DNA of 64,000 nt, from NCBI GenBank assembly GCA_965140585.1, contig OZ223269.1, positions 576,001 through 640,000 on the forward strand, written 5' to 3'. The notes beneath the pieces are model-generated. The model did not search any database. It saw only the letters and a program-made list of their open reading frames with translations, and had not been told where the DNA came from. The stretch is from Spirochaetia bacterium. GTDB lineage: Bacteria > Spirochaetota > Spirochaetia > UBA9216. Below are positions 1-9,634 of this stretch, piece after piece; position 1 is the first letter of the stretch, and each line of letters starts with the position of its first letter. The position numbers and the translations under genes are program-made.

Positions 1-1331
1 CTGCCGCACAGAAAAAACTGGAAACATGCTCACAGAAATACATAGATGAAATCGTGAAAGCTATTGCAAAAACTGTTTTTGACAATGCGGAAGTTCTGGC
101 AAGCATGGCGGTTGATGAAACCTCCATGGGTATTTACGGCGATAAAGTCGAAAAGAACCGCCGAACTGCAAGTATGCTCTGGCACAGTCTCAAGGGGAAA
201 AAGTCTGTAGGGGCTGTGGAAGAAGATGCGGTAAACGGAATCATAAAAATAGCAAAACCAATGGGTGTTGTGGGAGCGGTAACCCCCTGTACCAATCCAA
301 TAACAACACCTATGTGTATTGCAATGTTTGCCGTGAAGGCGCGTAATTCTATAATCATCGCTCCTCATCCGCGTGCACGAAAATGCGCCGCATATACTGC
401 TGAACTTATCAATATGAACCTTAAGACTCTTGGGGCACCCGAAAATCTTATACAGACAATAGAAGATCCTAATGTGCTTAAAAGCAGAGAGCTTATGAGC
501 TCAGTTGATGTTGTTGTAGCCATCGGAGGCTCGGCCACAGTTAAAGCTGCATATTCCTGCGGTAAACCTGCATTCGGTGTCGGCGCAGGAAATGCGCAGT
601 GCATTATTGACAGGGGAGTCTGTATAAGCGAATCGGTTGAGAAAATAATAAATGGAAGAATCTTTGACAACGGAATTATCAGTTCTGCTGAGCAAATGAT
701 TCTCGTTCATAACGATGACTTTGCTGAAACAGTAAAAGAGCTTGAGTCTCAGGGTGCATACTTCGTCAGAAATTCTGATGAAGCTTTAAAACTCAGGAAT
801 CTGATTTTTGATGAAGAAGGAAATGTTTCAAAAGAAGTAGTCGGCCAGCCTGTATCAAAGCTTGCTTATGATGCAGGTATTGAGCTTGAAGATAATGTTC
901 GGCTTATAGTTATTGAAGTTTACGGCGCTGGAGAAGAGGAACTTTTCTGCAGAGAAAAGCTGTTTCCGGTAATTGGCCTTAAAAGATACGAAACCTTTGA
1001 AGAGGCAGTTGCAATCGCGGCTGAGAATATAGAAGCTGAAGGTATGGGGCATTCAGTAGTTATACATTCCGGAAATGATGAACATATCAGATATGCCGGT
1101 GAGAACCTGAACGTAAGCCGGCTTCTTGTGAATCAGGTCGGGGCTACCATGAGTGGCGGAAGCTATCTGAACGGCCTTGTTCCCACAACTATCTTCGGAT
1201 GCGGTACATGGGGGAACAATATTATCTCTGATAATTTTAATTACACACACTTGATGAATATTACACGAATTTCAACAGTGATAGATGGAGTTGTAATGCC
1301 CTCGGAAGAGGAGATCTGGGCTGATGTTTGA
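1..1331 (+). CDS. CoA-acylating aldehyde dehydrogenase family protein (SucD/EutE/AdhE-N-like), 5' partial
   Basis: Frame open from base 3 (AAQKKLETCSQKYIDEIVKAIAK); motifs PMGVVGAVTPCTNP, RNSIIIAPHP, GVGAGN, FDNGIISSAEQ, EKLFPV, GHS, GCGTWGNN. Catalytic Cys position reads Ser. Confidence 0.88.
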   Translation, partial: AAQKKLETCSQKYIDEIVKAIAKTVFDNAEVLASMAVDETSMGIYGDKVEKNRRTASMLWHSLKGKKSVGAVEEDAVNGIIKIAKPMGVVGAVTPCTNPITTPMCIAMFAVKARNSIIIAPHPRARKCAAYTAELINMNLKTLGAPENLIQTIEDPNVLKSRELMSSVDVVVAIGGSATVKAAYSCGKPAFGVGAGNAQCIIDRGVCISESVEKIINGRIFDNGIISSAEQMILVHNDDFAETVKELESQGAYFVRNSDEALKLRNLIFDEEGNVSKEVVGQPVSKLAYDAGIELEDNVRLIVIEVYGAGEEELFCREKLFPVIGLKRYETFEEAVAIAAENIEAEGMGHSVVIHSGNDEHIRYAGENLNVSRLLVNQVGATMSGGSYLNGLVPTTIFGCGTWGNNIISDNFNYTHLMNITRISTVIDGVVMPSEEEIWADV

Positions 1332-2589
1332 GCTTAAATACGGCAGAAAAACTATCTCTGTTGATATACCTGAAAAAAATTATGTGGGAACGCTGATTCC
1401 CAATGAAATTGTACATAACAGAAGCGGCTTTGATGAAATAAATAATGCCCTTGATAATCCGGCAGGAACAGAAAGACTTGAGGAAATAGTTAAGCCTGGT
1501 GAGTCTGTAGTGATTGTTACAAGTGATATTACAAGGCCCTTTCCCGGGAGACTGGTTATACCGGAACTTGTTAAACGGCTTCACAGTGCAGGAGTCCGTG
1601 ACAGTGATATAACCATTGTTTTTGCACTCGGCAGTCACCGCAGTCATACTGAAGATGAAAAGAAATATCTGGCCGGTGAAGAAGTTTATTCAAGCGGAAT
1701 AAATCTGCTTGATTCCGAAATGAACTGCTGCATCAATCTCGGGGTGTGCAGGAACGGAACGCCTGTAGATATATTCAGGCCGGTAGCGGAAGCAGACAGA
1801 CTGATATGCGTGGGGAATATTGAATTTCACTATTTCGCAGGTTATTCCGGCGGGGCCAAAGCTTTGATGCCCGGAGTGTCAAGTCACGCAGCTATACAGG
1901 TCAACCATTCGAATATGACGAATAAAAATGCTGCAGCGGGCAGGCTTGATGATAATCCTGTCAGACAGGATATAGATCAGGTTGGTGAGTTTATCAAAAT
2001 TGATTTTATTCTGAACGTGATTCTTGATAATAAGAAAGAGATCGTTAAAGCAGTTGCAGGTCATTATCTTGAAGCTCACAGAAACGGCTGCAGGTATCTC
2101 GACCGGATGAACGGTGTTGAGCTTGCTTCAAAGGCTGATATTGTAATTGCATCTCCGGGGGGATATCCGAAAGATATAAATCTTTATCAGGCTCAAAAGG
2201 GACTTGACAATGCCAAATATGCTGTGGAAGACGGCGGCATAATTATTCTTGCAGCTTCAGCTGCAGAGGGTTTTGGCGAGAAAACCTTTGAATCATGGAT
2301 GAAGAATAAAAAACCATCAGAAATGCTGGTTGAAATTGAATCCAATTTTGTACTCGGAGGTCACAAGGCTGCCGCTATCTCCATGATATTGCAGAAGGCG
2401 GAAATATTCATGGTCAGTGATCTGGATGATGAAATTGTGAAGTCTATTAACTTCGTCCCTTTTAGTTCGCTGCAGGCTGCACTCGATGAGGCTGTCGGTA
2501 GAATTAGTGAGAAAGCTTCAGTGCTTTTGATGCCCGATGCAGGAGCTACAATACCATTACTGAAGGATGTCAGTGAAGATAAAGGTTAA
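1324..2589 (+). CDS. larA: Nickel-pincer-dependent lactate racemase (LarA) family 2-hydroxyacid racemase/epimerase
   Basis: SDITRP, ALGSHR, FHYFAGYSGGAK, NHS, GGYPKDINLYQAQK motifs; overlaps upstream stop. Confidence 0.88.
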   Translation: MFELKYGRKTISVDIPEKNYVGTLIPNEIVHNRSGFDEINNALDNPAGTERLEEIVKPGESVVIVTSDITRPFPGRLVIPELVKRLHSAGVRDSDITIVFALGSHRSHTEDEKKYLAGEEVYSSGINLLDSEMNCCINLGVCRNGTPVDIFRPVAEADRLICVGNIEFHYFAGYSGGAKALMPGVSSHAAIQVNHSNMTNKNAAAGRLDDNPVRQDIDQVGEFIKIDFILNVILDNKKEIVKAVAGHYLEAHRNGCRYLDRMNGVELASKADIVIASPGGYPKDINLYQAQKGLDNAKYAVEDGGIIILAASAAEGFGEKTFESWMKNKKPSEMLVEIESNFVLGGHKAAAISMILQKAEIFMVSDLDDEIVKSINFVPFSSLQAALDEAVGRISEKASVLLMPDAGATIPLLKDVSEDKG

Positions 2590-2812
2590 GCTTTATTCAT
2601 TTTTTGTATTCCTTTCCGGAAACAGGGAGGGAACTATGGAAATAGAAACAGATGATACTTTTTCTGTTCAGGAACTGCTTATGAAATGTGGTGTAAAAAA
2701 AGATTATACCGCTTTAATCAGAGTAAACGGTTTAAACAGAAATATTAACGATACAGATATTTTATCTGATGGAGACTTCGTGGAAGTTTTTCCGGTTTTT
2801 GGCGGTGGATGA
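2567..2812 (+). CDS. MoaD/ThiS family sulfur-carrier protein
   Basis: 81 aa, VNG...LSDGDFVEVFPVFGGG C-terminus; directly before an AOR gene. Confidence 0.85.
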   Translation: MSVKIKVKLYSFFVFLSGNREGTMEIETDDTFSVQELLMKCGVKKDYTALIRVNGLNRNINDTDILSDGDFVEVFPVFGGG

Positions 2813-4734
2813 TTTTTATGATGGAAGAAAATATGATTTACGGATATACGGGAAAGATACTCAGAGTTAATCTGAGTACTTCAGATATAACTATAGAAAC
2901 CCCAGATCAGACATTTTACAGGATGTATATGGGTGGAAAGGGGATTATTGCTCATTATCTATTAAATGAAGTATCTCCTGAAGCTGATGCCCTGGGTGTT
3001 GAAAATAAATTGATTTTTGCCACAGGTGTTCTAACAGGCATACCGATAGCAGGTACACCGAGGTATACCGTAGGTGCAAAATCTCCACTTACCGGCGGTT
3101 TCGGCCAGTCGGAAGCGGGCGGTTTCTGGGGACCTGAACTTAAAAAGGCCGGATGGGATGCTGTTATTATAGAAGGAAAAGCAGAGAAACCGGTTTATCT
3201 AAGTATTACTGACTCTGATATTCAAATTAATGATGCAGCGGAGCTCTGGGGAAAAGAAACCGGAACTGTTCAGCAGCTGATCCGGAATGAGCTGGGAGAG
3301 CAGAAAACCTCAGTTCTCCAGATTGGTCCTGCAGGTGAAAATCTGGTTAAGTACGCCTGTATTACAAATAATCTTAAACATTATAACGGCCGTAATGGAA
3401 TGGGTGCCGTTATGGGTTCGAAGAATCTCAGGGCAATTGCAGTGAAGGGAAGCGGTGAAATAAAAACCGCAAATCCTGAAAAGATATCTGAATTAAGAAA
3501 AGAATATCTTGCTGTTTACAAGAATGAACCCTTAAGCCGTGGACTGTTTGACTATGGCACATCAGGCGGAATATCCACGCTTAACGCGGCAGGAATGTTT
3601 CCGTCAAGAAATTTTAAATACGGTGAGAATCAACACGCTGAAGAGATAACAGGGCAGAAACTTGCCGAGACTATCATGAGCAAGCGGGAGGGCTGTTTTG
3701 CATGTCCGGTTAGATGTAAGCGTGTGGTAGATGTCAACGAAGAATCACTATCAATTGATCCAGCTTTCGGCGGTCCTGAATATGAAACAATCGCAGGATT
3801 CGGCGCCAACTGCATGATGGCCGAACTCAAACTTATATCGAAGGCCAATGAGCTTTGTAACCGCTTCGGTATGGATACTATCTCAGTTAGTGGAACTATT
3901 GCTTTTGCAATGGAATGTTTTGAAAACGGATTGATTGATACAGAATTTACCAACGGACTTAGGCTCGAATTCGGAAACTCCTATGCAGTATTAACTCTTC
4001 TTGAAAGAATAGCTCTGCGGGCCGATAACTTTTCTTCCCTGCTTGCTGAAGGATCGTTTAGAGCTGCTGAGAAGATAGGTAAGGGAAGTGAAGTGTATCT
4101 GAATACAAGCAGAAAACAGGAGTATGCACTTCACGATGCCCGGACTAAAACCGGCCTTGCATTTGCATATTCAACAGCCGCCAATGCTACAGACCATATG
4201 TATATAGTACATGACACTATGATATCCAATCCTGGAATAGTTCTTGATAAACTCAGCGGGATCGGGATTTACGAACCCATAAGTCCTTCCGAAGTGTCCT
4301 GGAAAAAAGCACGTAATGTAAAAACCGTATCGGAATGGACCAGCTTTCAGAACTGTGCAGGGATGTGCATCCTTGTATTTGCTCCCCGCGGGGTAATAAG
4401 CCTTAACACAGTTGTTGAGCTTTTAAGAGCTGCAACAGGGTGGGAATACACAAGCCTTTACGAAATTATGAAAGCCGGAGAACGTGCTGAGAATATGGGA
4501 CGGGCATTTAACATATTGCACGGTTCTGCTTCAAGTGAAGATAATCTTTCACAGCGGAGTCATGAAGATCTGGCGAATGAACATTCAAATTATTATGCGG
4601 TAGATAAAAAAAATCTGGCCGACGGCATAAAAGATCTTTTTGAGATGAGAGGTTGGGATGAAAAAGGAATTCCATCCAGGGGCAAACTGTATGATTTAAA
4701 CCTCGGCTGGCTGGCAGAAAAGCTTCATGCATGA
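2809..4734 (+). CDS. aor: Aldehyde:ferredoxin oxidoreductase (tungstopterin AOR family)
   Basis: YGYTGKILRVNLS, KSPLTGG, GRNGMGAVMGSKNL, CFACPVRC, GPEYET, GMDTIS, RGWDEKGIP; true start may be ATG 2833. Confidence 0.92.
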   Translation: MIFMMEENMIYGYTGKILRVNLSTSDITIETPDQTFYRMYMGGKGIIAHYLLNEVSPEADALGVENKLIFATGVLTGIPIAGTPRYTVGAKSPLTGGFGQSEAGGFWGPELKKAGWDAVIIEGKAEKPVYLSITDSDIQINDAAELWGKETGTVQQLIRNELGEQKTSVLQIGPAGENLVKYACITNNLKHYNGRNGMGAVMGSKNLRAIAVKGSGEIKTANPEKISELRKEYLAVYKNEPLSRGLFDYGTSGGISTLNAAGMFPSRNFKYGENQHAEEITGQKLAETIMSKREGCFACPVRCKRVVDVNEESLSIDPAFGGPEYETIAGFGANCMMAELKLISKANELCNRFGMDTISVSGTIAFAMECFENGLIDTEFTNGLRLEFGNSYAVLTLLERIALRADNFSSLLAEGSFRAAEKIGKGSEVYLNTSRKQEYALHDARTKTGLAFAYSTAANATDHMYIVHDTMISNPGIVLDKLSGIGIYEPISPSEVSWKKARNVKTVSEWTSFQNCAGMCILVFAPRGVISLNTVVELLRAATGWEYTSLYEIMKAGERAENMGRAFNILHGSASSEDNLSQRSHEDLANEHSNYYAVDKKNLADGIKDLFEMRGWDEKGIPSRGKLYDLNLGWLAEKLHA

Positions 4735-4839
4735 GCAGATGATATAACGACCCTATAAAAGGAGGAGAAAAACGGAACTTAAAAATTAGGAAACAGAAGT
4801 ATTAACTTTTTTTAATAAATTTACTTGGAGGAATACAAG

Positions 4840-5940
4840 ATGAAGAAAAAAAATATTTTATTTGCAGCATTGGTTGCAACAGCATTGATTTTCAGCGGTT
4901 GTGTGAAGGCAAAAGTTGAAACAGCAACAACTGAAGGTGCTGAAACCAAAGCAGCTGGTGAAACTCTGTCAATAACCAACTTTATTACAGCAGAATCAGA
5001 TAATCCGGACAAAATTGTCCTTAGATACGCTTCAACAAGCCGAAATCTTGATGATCACCCTTATATGAGAGGTTTCAAGAAATTCTTTGAGGTTCTTAAA
5101 ACAGAACTCGGAGATAAAGTAGAAATTCAGTACTACCTTGGCGGAACACTTGGTACAAGTACCGATGCTATCCTCGGTGGTCTTCAGAATGAATCTTTTG
5201 AAATGACCGACTGGCCTCTTGGAAGTTTTGCCGAGCTTACAAACGCTTTTCAGCCCTTTGATGTTCCTTACCTTTTCACTTCTATGGATAATGCCATGGA
5301 CCTTCTTGGCGGTGAAGTAGGTGACATAATGACTGAGAAATGTCTTGAAGATACAAACCTCAGACCTCTTTACTATGCTCCTATCGGCATGAGGCAGCTT
5401 ACAAACAGTAAGAATGCCGTTAAGACTCCCGATGACATGAAGGGTCTGAAGATTAGAGTTCAGAACAATCCTCTTCATATTGCCGGAATGAAGGCTCTCG
5501 GCTGTTCACCGACCCCGATTTCTTTTGGCGAGCTGTTTACTTCACTTCAGCAGAAGGTTGTTGATGGTCAGGAAAATCCGCTTTCAACTATCTATGACTA
5601 CAAGTTTGCAGAAGTTCAGAAGTACCTTACTATCACTAACCACCTCTCGGCAGTTGGAACAATGGCTGTAAACGAAGATTACTACCAGAGCCTTCCTTCT
5701 GATGTAAAGGCTGCATTTGACAAGGCTTCAGCTGCAGCAGCTGCTTTTACTCTAAACGAAGTAAAGAACGCAGAGGCAGAATACCTTCTCAAGCTTAAGG
5801 GAATTCTTGAAGTTTATGAACCTTCAGAAGCTGAACTGAAAGTATTTCAGGAAAAGGCAATGACTGCTTGGCCCGAAATGGAAGAGTCAATCGGTGTTGA
5901 ATATTTCGGCAGCATTATTACTGCAGCCGGACTTAAATAG
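4840..5940 (+). CDS. dctP: TRAP transporter substrate-binding lipoprotein DctP
   Basis: Lipobox IFSGC; GMRQLTN, DMKGLKIRV, ELFTSLQQKVVDGQENP; GGAGG RBS before ATG 4840. Confidence 0.92.
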   Translation: MKKKNILFAALVATALIFSGCVKAKVETATTEGAETKAAGETLSITNFITAESDNPDKIVLRYASTSRNLDDHPYMRGFKKFFEVLKTELGDKVEIQYYLGGTLGTSTDAILGGLQNESFEMTDWPLGSFAELTNAFQPFDVPYLFTSMDNAMDLLGGEVGDIMTEKCLEDTNLRPLYYAPIGMRQLTNSKNAVKTPDDMKGLKIRVQNNPLHIAGMKALGCSPTPISFGELFTSLQQKVVDGQENPLSTIYDYKFAEVQKYLTITNHLSAVGTMAVNEDYYQSLPSDVKAAFDKASAAAAAFTLNEVKNAEAEYLLKLKGILEVYEPSEAELKVFQEKAMTAWPEMEESIGVEYFGSIITAAGLK

Positions 5941-5949
5941 ATTATTGAA

Positions 5950-5972
5950 GCCGGCAGGATATTCCTGCCGGC
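5950..5972 (+). other. Intra-operon stem-loop after dctP (mRNA stabiliser or partial terminator)
   Basis: GCCGGCAGG-ATATT-CCTGCCGGC perfect 9-bp stem without a U-tract. Confidence 0.6.
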
Positions 5973-6004
5973 ATATGTTTGAGAATTAAGAACAGGAGAA
6001 TCTT

Positions 6005-6496
6005 GTGAAAAGATTAAAATGGTTTTTAGGGAATATTGAGTATATAGTAGCCGCATCTTTTTCTGCTGTAATGGTAGTTCTGCTGTTCCTTCAGGTTGTT
6101 TCACGATATGTATTCAGAAACTCAATTTCTTTTACTGAAGAAATTGCAATAGTACTTTTTATTTTATCAGTTTACCTGGGTGCCGTAGGGGCAACCAGAA
6201 GAAGACAGCATTTAAAGATAGAAGTAGTTACAAATTTATTAAAACCGAAAGCACAGACTGTTTTGGCTGTAATTGCCAATATAGTTTTTATGATAACAAA
6301 TGTTTTTATTATTTACGGACTGATAGGCGTTGTGGCAAATCTTAAAAGATTCGGAATGACTACTGCAATAACAGAAATCCCGAAGTGGGCGATTTATTCG
6401 GTTCTGCCGATTTCGTTCGCTGCAATTACTATTCGTCTGATTGAGGATACAGTGAAGATTATCCGTGAATCTAAAACAGGGCTGCAGGAGAGTTAA
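6005..6496 (+). CDS. dctQ: TRAP transporter small permease DctQ
   Basis: QVVSRY, FTEE, HLKIE motifs; 4 hydrophobic segments; GTG start after AGGAG. Confidence 0.9.
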   Translation: MKRLKWFLGNIEYIVAASFSAVMVVLLFLQVVSRYVFRNSISFTEEIAIVLFILSVYLGAVGATRRRQHLKIEVVTNLLKPKAQTVLAVIANIVFMITNVFIIYGLIGVVANLKRFGMTTAITEIPKWAIYSVLPISFAAITIRLIEDTVKIIRESKTGLQES

Positions 6497-7777
6497 ATGG
6501 AAACTATGGTACTTGCCGGCCTGGCAGTTCTTTTTCTGGTAATAGGGGTTCCGATAGGAATCTGTTTCGCAATAGGAATGATATCAGTCGCATTTCTTTT
6601 TGATGTGACAAGTTTGAAGTTTATAGCCCAGTCGATGTACTCAGGACTGGATTCGCTTCCGCTGCTTGCCGTTCCCTGCTTTATTCTTGCAGGCGCTATT
6701 ATGGAAAAGGGCGGACTCTCAAGGAGGCTTATTAATGCTGCAAATAAATTCAGCGGCGGAACAACAGGCGGACTGGGGACAGTAGTAATTCTTGCCTGTC
6801 TGTTCTTCGGGGCGATATCAGGGTCAGCACCCGCCACTGTAGCTGCAATTGGAACCATAATGATTCCGCATATGCAGAAAGCCGGATACGATCGGACCTG
6901 GTCCACGGGCCTTGTAGCTGTATCAGGGAGCCTTGGGGTAATCGTTCCGCCAAGTATACCGCTGGTTGTCTACGGCTGCGCGACGAACACATCAATCGGA
7001 GATCTTTTTCTGGCAGGCGTTGTTCCAGCAATTGTGGAAGCCGGTGTATTGATTGTAATAGCTAAAATAGTTTCCTGGAAAAAGGGGTACAAGGGCAGCG
7101 GTGAAAAATCATCGGTGAAAGAAATTCTTTCCGCCTTATGGGAAGCCAAGTGGGCTCTGATAATGCCGGTAATTATTCTTGGAGGAATTTACGGAGGAAT
7201 ATTCACTCCGACTGAAGCGGCGGTAGTTGCCATCGTCTATGGAATTATTATAGGAATGTTTGTTCATAAGGAACTTAAGTGGAAGGATCTGCTTAAAATC
7301 TTTAATGAAAACGCTTCATTTATCGGCGGTATCATGCTGACTTTTGCCCCGGCTGCGGCTTTGGGCGGAGTGCTTGCAATGCTTGGAATACCGGGAATGA
7401 TAAGTGATCTGCTGCTTTCAGTAACGGACAATCTGATTGTAATTCTATTGATAATTAACGTCTTTCTGCTTCTCGCAGGAATGGTTCTTGATACCATGTC
7501 TGCAATAATTGTATTCGCTCCTATTCTACTTGCGGTTCTTCAGCCTCTGGGGATAGATCCTATACATCTTGGAATAATGATGACTGTTAATCTTGAAGTC
7601 GGGTTTGTTACACCTCCTGTTGCGCTGAATCTATTTGTAGCCTCGGGAATGACAGGAATCCCAATGGATAAAATAGTTTCGAAGGCGCTGCCTTTTATTA
7701 TTGGACTTTTAATAACACTTCTTGTTATTACATTTGTGCCCGGGCTTAGCTCCGGCGTTGTAGAACTTTTAAAATAA
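6497..7777 (+). CDS. dctM: TRAP transporter large permease DctM
   Basis: LLAVPCFILAG, FGAISGSAPA, IVPPSIP, GIFTPTEAA, TPPVALNLF. Confidence 0.93.
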   Translation: METMVLAGLAVLFLVIGVPIGICFAIGMISVAFLFDVTSLKFIAQSMYSGLDSLPLLAVPCFILAGAIMEKGGLSRRLINAANKFSGGTTGGLGTVVILACLFFGAISGSAPATVAAIGTIMIPHMQKAGYDRTWSTGLVAVSGSLGVIVPPSIPLVVYGCATNTSIGDLFLAGVVPAIVEAGVLIVIAKIVSWKKGYKGSGEKSSVKEILSALWEAKWALIMPVIILGGIYGGIFTPTEAAVVAIVYGIIIGMFVHKELKWKDLLKIFNENASFIGGIMLTFAPAAALGGVLAMLGIPGMISDLLLSVTDNLIVILLIINVFLLLAGMVLDTMSAIIVFAPILLAVLQPLGIDPIHLGIMMTVNLEVGFVTPPVALNLFVASGMTGIPMDKIVSKALPFIIGLLITLLVITFVPGLSSGVVELLK

Positions 7778-7787
7778 GGATTATTTA

Positions 7788-8441
7788 ATGAGTGAGAAAC
7801 TTATATTAGGAATTTCAGGAAGCCCCCGGAAGGGCGCAAACCTGGATATTATGCTTAAAACAGCACTTGATGAAGCTGAACTTGAAGACGGTATAAGAAC
7901 TGAAACAATTTACCTGCGTGATTATGAAATTAAACCATGCATTTCATGTTTTGCATGCTGTAATGAAAAAGCGGCAGAGAAGGATAAGCCCTGCCTTCCT
8001 ATCACAGACGGAATGGAAGATATCTATCCAAAACTTAAGGAATGTGACGCACTGATTATTGGAAGTCCGGTTTACTTCGGTTCAATGACTGCACAGGTAA
8101 AAGCTTTTATGGATAGAACTGAAGGTCTGCTTAGATATGGGAAAAGTTCATATCAGAATGCATTAAGCAACACGATTGGAGGAGCTATTGCTGTCGGTGG
8201 AAACAGAAACGGCGGTGAGGAATTTACCATTCAGGCTATCCATTACTACTATTTCATACAGAATATGATTGTTGTTGGAACAGGCCCGGAACCCACACCC
8301 GGCTGCTATCTTGGTGCTGCAGGAACTACATACCCGCAGCGGGGCAAGTCAAGGGATGCTGTACTTGAAGATGAGCTTGGAATGAAAAGCGCAAAGATGC
8401 TTGGCCGCAGGGTTGCAAGTGTTTTAAAAATGATGAAATAA
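7788..8441 (+). CDS. Iron-sulfur flavoprotein / multimeric flavodoxin (Isf-like)
   Basis: ISGSPRKG, CISCFAC-x11-C cluster, GSPVYFG, KAFMDR, GGNRNGG. Confidence 0.85.
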   Translation: MSEKLILGISGSPRKGANLDIMLKTALDEAELEDGIRTETIYLRDYEIKPCISCFACCNEKAAEKDKPCLPITDGMEDIYPKLKECDALIIGSPVYFGSMTAQVKAFMDRTEGLLRYGKSSYQNALSNTIGGAIAVGGNRNGGEEFTIQAIHYYYFIQNMIVVGTGPEPTPGCYLGAAGTTYPQRGKSRDAVLEDELGMKSAKMLGRRVASVLKMMK

Positions 8442-8455
8442 AACAGGAAACTAAA

Positions 8456-9613
8456 ATGATCGAACTTAAAATAGATGGAGAAGAAGTAAGGGAACTTACA
8501 AAACAGCTTATCAGAATTAAAAGCGTAAATCCCCCTGGCCATGTAGATGAATGTGCAGAGTTTATCCTCACCTGGTTTTTATCGAACGATATCGAAGCCG
8601 AAATAGTGAAAAGTGAAGGTGTCGCCAATGTAGTTGCCAGATTCGGTAAAAAAGGCGGAAAGAAAATCCTATGGAACGGACACTTTGACGTAGTCCCTGC
8701 AGGATTAAACTGGACTGTGGATCCTTTTGAGGCTGTAGAAAAAGACGGTTTCATTATCGGACGCGGTGCTTCAGATATGAAGAGCGGAGTTGCATCAATG
8801 ATGGCAGCAATGAAGGCTATAAAGGATAACGGTATTGAACTGGATGGTGAGATTGAGTTCTGGGGAATCGGAGACGAAGAAACAGGAAGCAAAAATGGAA
8901 CGAGAATGCTTCTTGAAAAACTTGGTAACCGGTATGACGGTGCTGTTTCTTCTGAGCCGACAGATTTCTATATCGAAAATGCTCAGCGGGGTTTAAGATG
9001 GTTTGAAATCAAGATATCAGGTTCTGCCTGTCATGCCGGCCGGCCTCATGTCGGGAAGAATGCAGTTGAGCATTCCGCAAAAGTAATTGAAGCTGTAAAG
9101 AAAATCAAATTTGATTACTATAATGAAATCTTCGAAGACCAGGTTAAGCAGCCGAGCCTTTCTTTTACCATAATCAGCGGCGGCCGGCAGACTAATATTA
9201 TCCCTGAAGAATGTATTCTTACAATCGACCGCAGAATGCTTCCTGGTGAAACAGAGGAATCAATCACATCCGAGATACAGGCTGCTCTTGATGAGGTTGA
9301 AACTGAAGGCTTTACAACTGAACTGAGTCTTATCAATAAGGGCTGGGATCCGTTTATTACAGAGGCTTCAGATGCAGTGGTTACCACAATAGAAGAGGCA
9401 TTTAAAAATGTAACCGGAACTGACCCTAAATACAGAGGAAAGGGCGGTTGTACAGATGCGTCACATATCTTTCATGCCGGTATACCTGTAGTTATTCTCG
9501 GACCCGGTCCGGCAAATGAATCTCATACTGCAGATGAAAAAGTAGAGATTAAACGTCTTGTCCAGTCTGTTGAGATTTATGCCCGCTCTGCAATAGAGTT
9601 TTTAAAAAAATAA
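8456..9613 (+). CDS. M20 family metallo-amidohydrolase (ArgE/DapE-like)
   Basis: NGHFDVV, GRGASDMK, DEE, EPT, HAG, HTADE metal-binding motifs. Confidence 0.9.
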   Translation: MIELKIDGEEVRELTKQLIRIKSVNPPGHVDECAEFILTWFLSNDIEAEIVKSEGVANVVARFGKKGGKKILWNGHFDVVPAGLNWTVDPFEAVEKDGFIIGRGASDMKSGVASMMAAMKAIKDNGIELDGEIEFWGIGDEETGSKNGTRMLLEKLGNRYDGAVSSEPTDFYIENAQRGLRWFEIKISGSACHAGRPHVGKNAVEHSAKVIEAVKKIKFDYYNEIFEDQVKQPSLSFTIISGGRQTNIIPEECILTIDRRMLPGETEESITSEIQAALDEVETEGFTTELSLINKGWDPFITEASDAVVTTIEEAFKNVTGTDPKYRGKGGCTDASHIFHAGIPVVILGPGPANESHTADEKVEIKRLVQSVEIYARSAIEFLKK

Positions 9614-9634
9614 GATTTTACGGAGAATAATATT

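Noticed and set aside
4735-4839. preQ1 or Moco/W riboswitch between aor and dctP (CCCTATAAAA segment)
   Set aside because: No 5' GGTTC/P1 partner and no recognisable pairing for either family.
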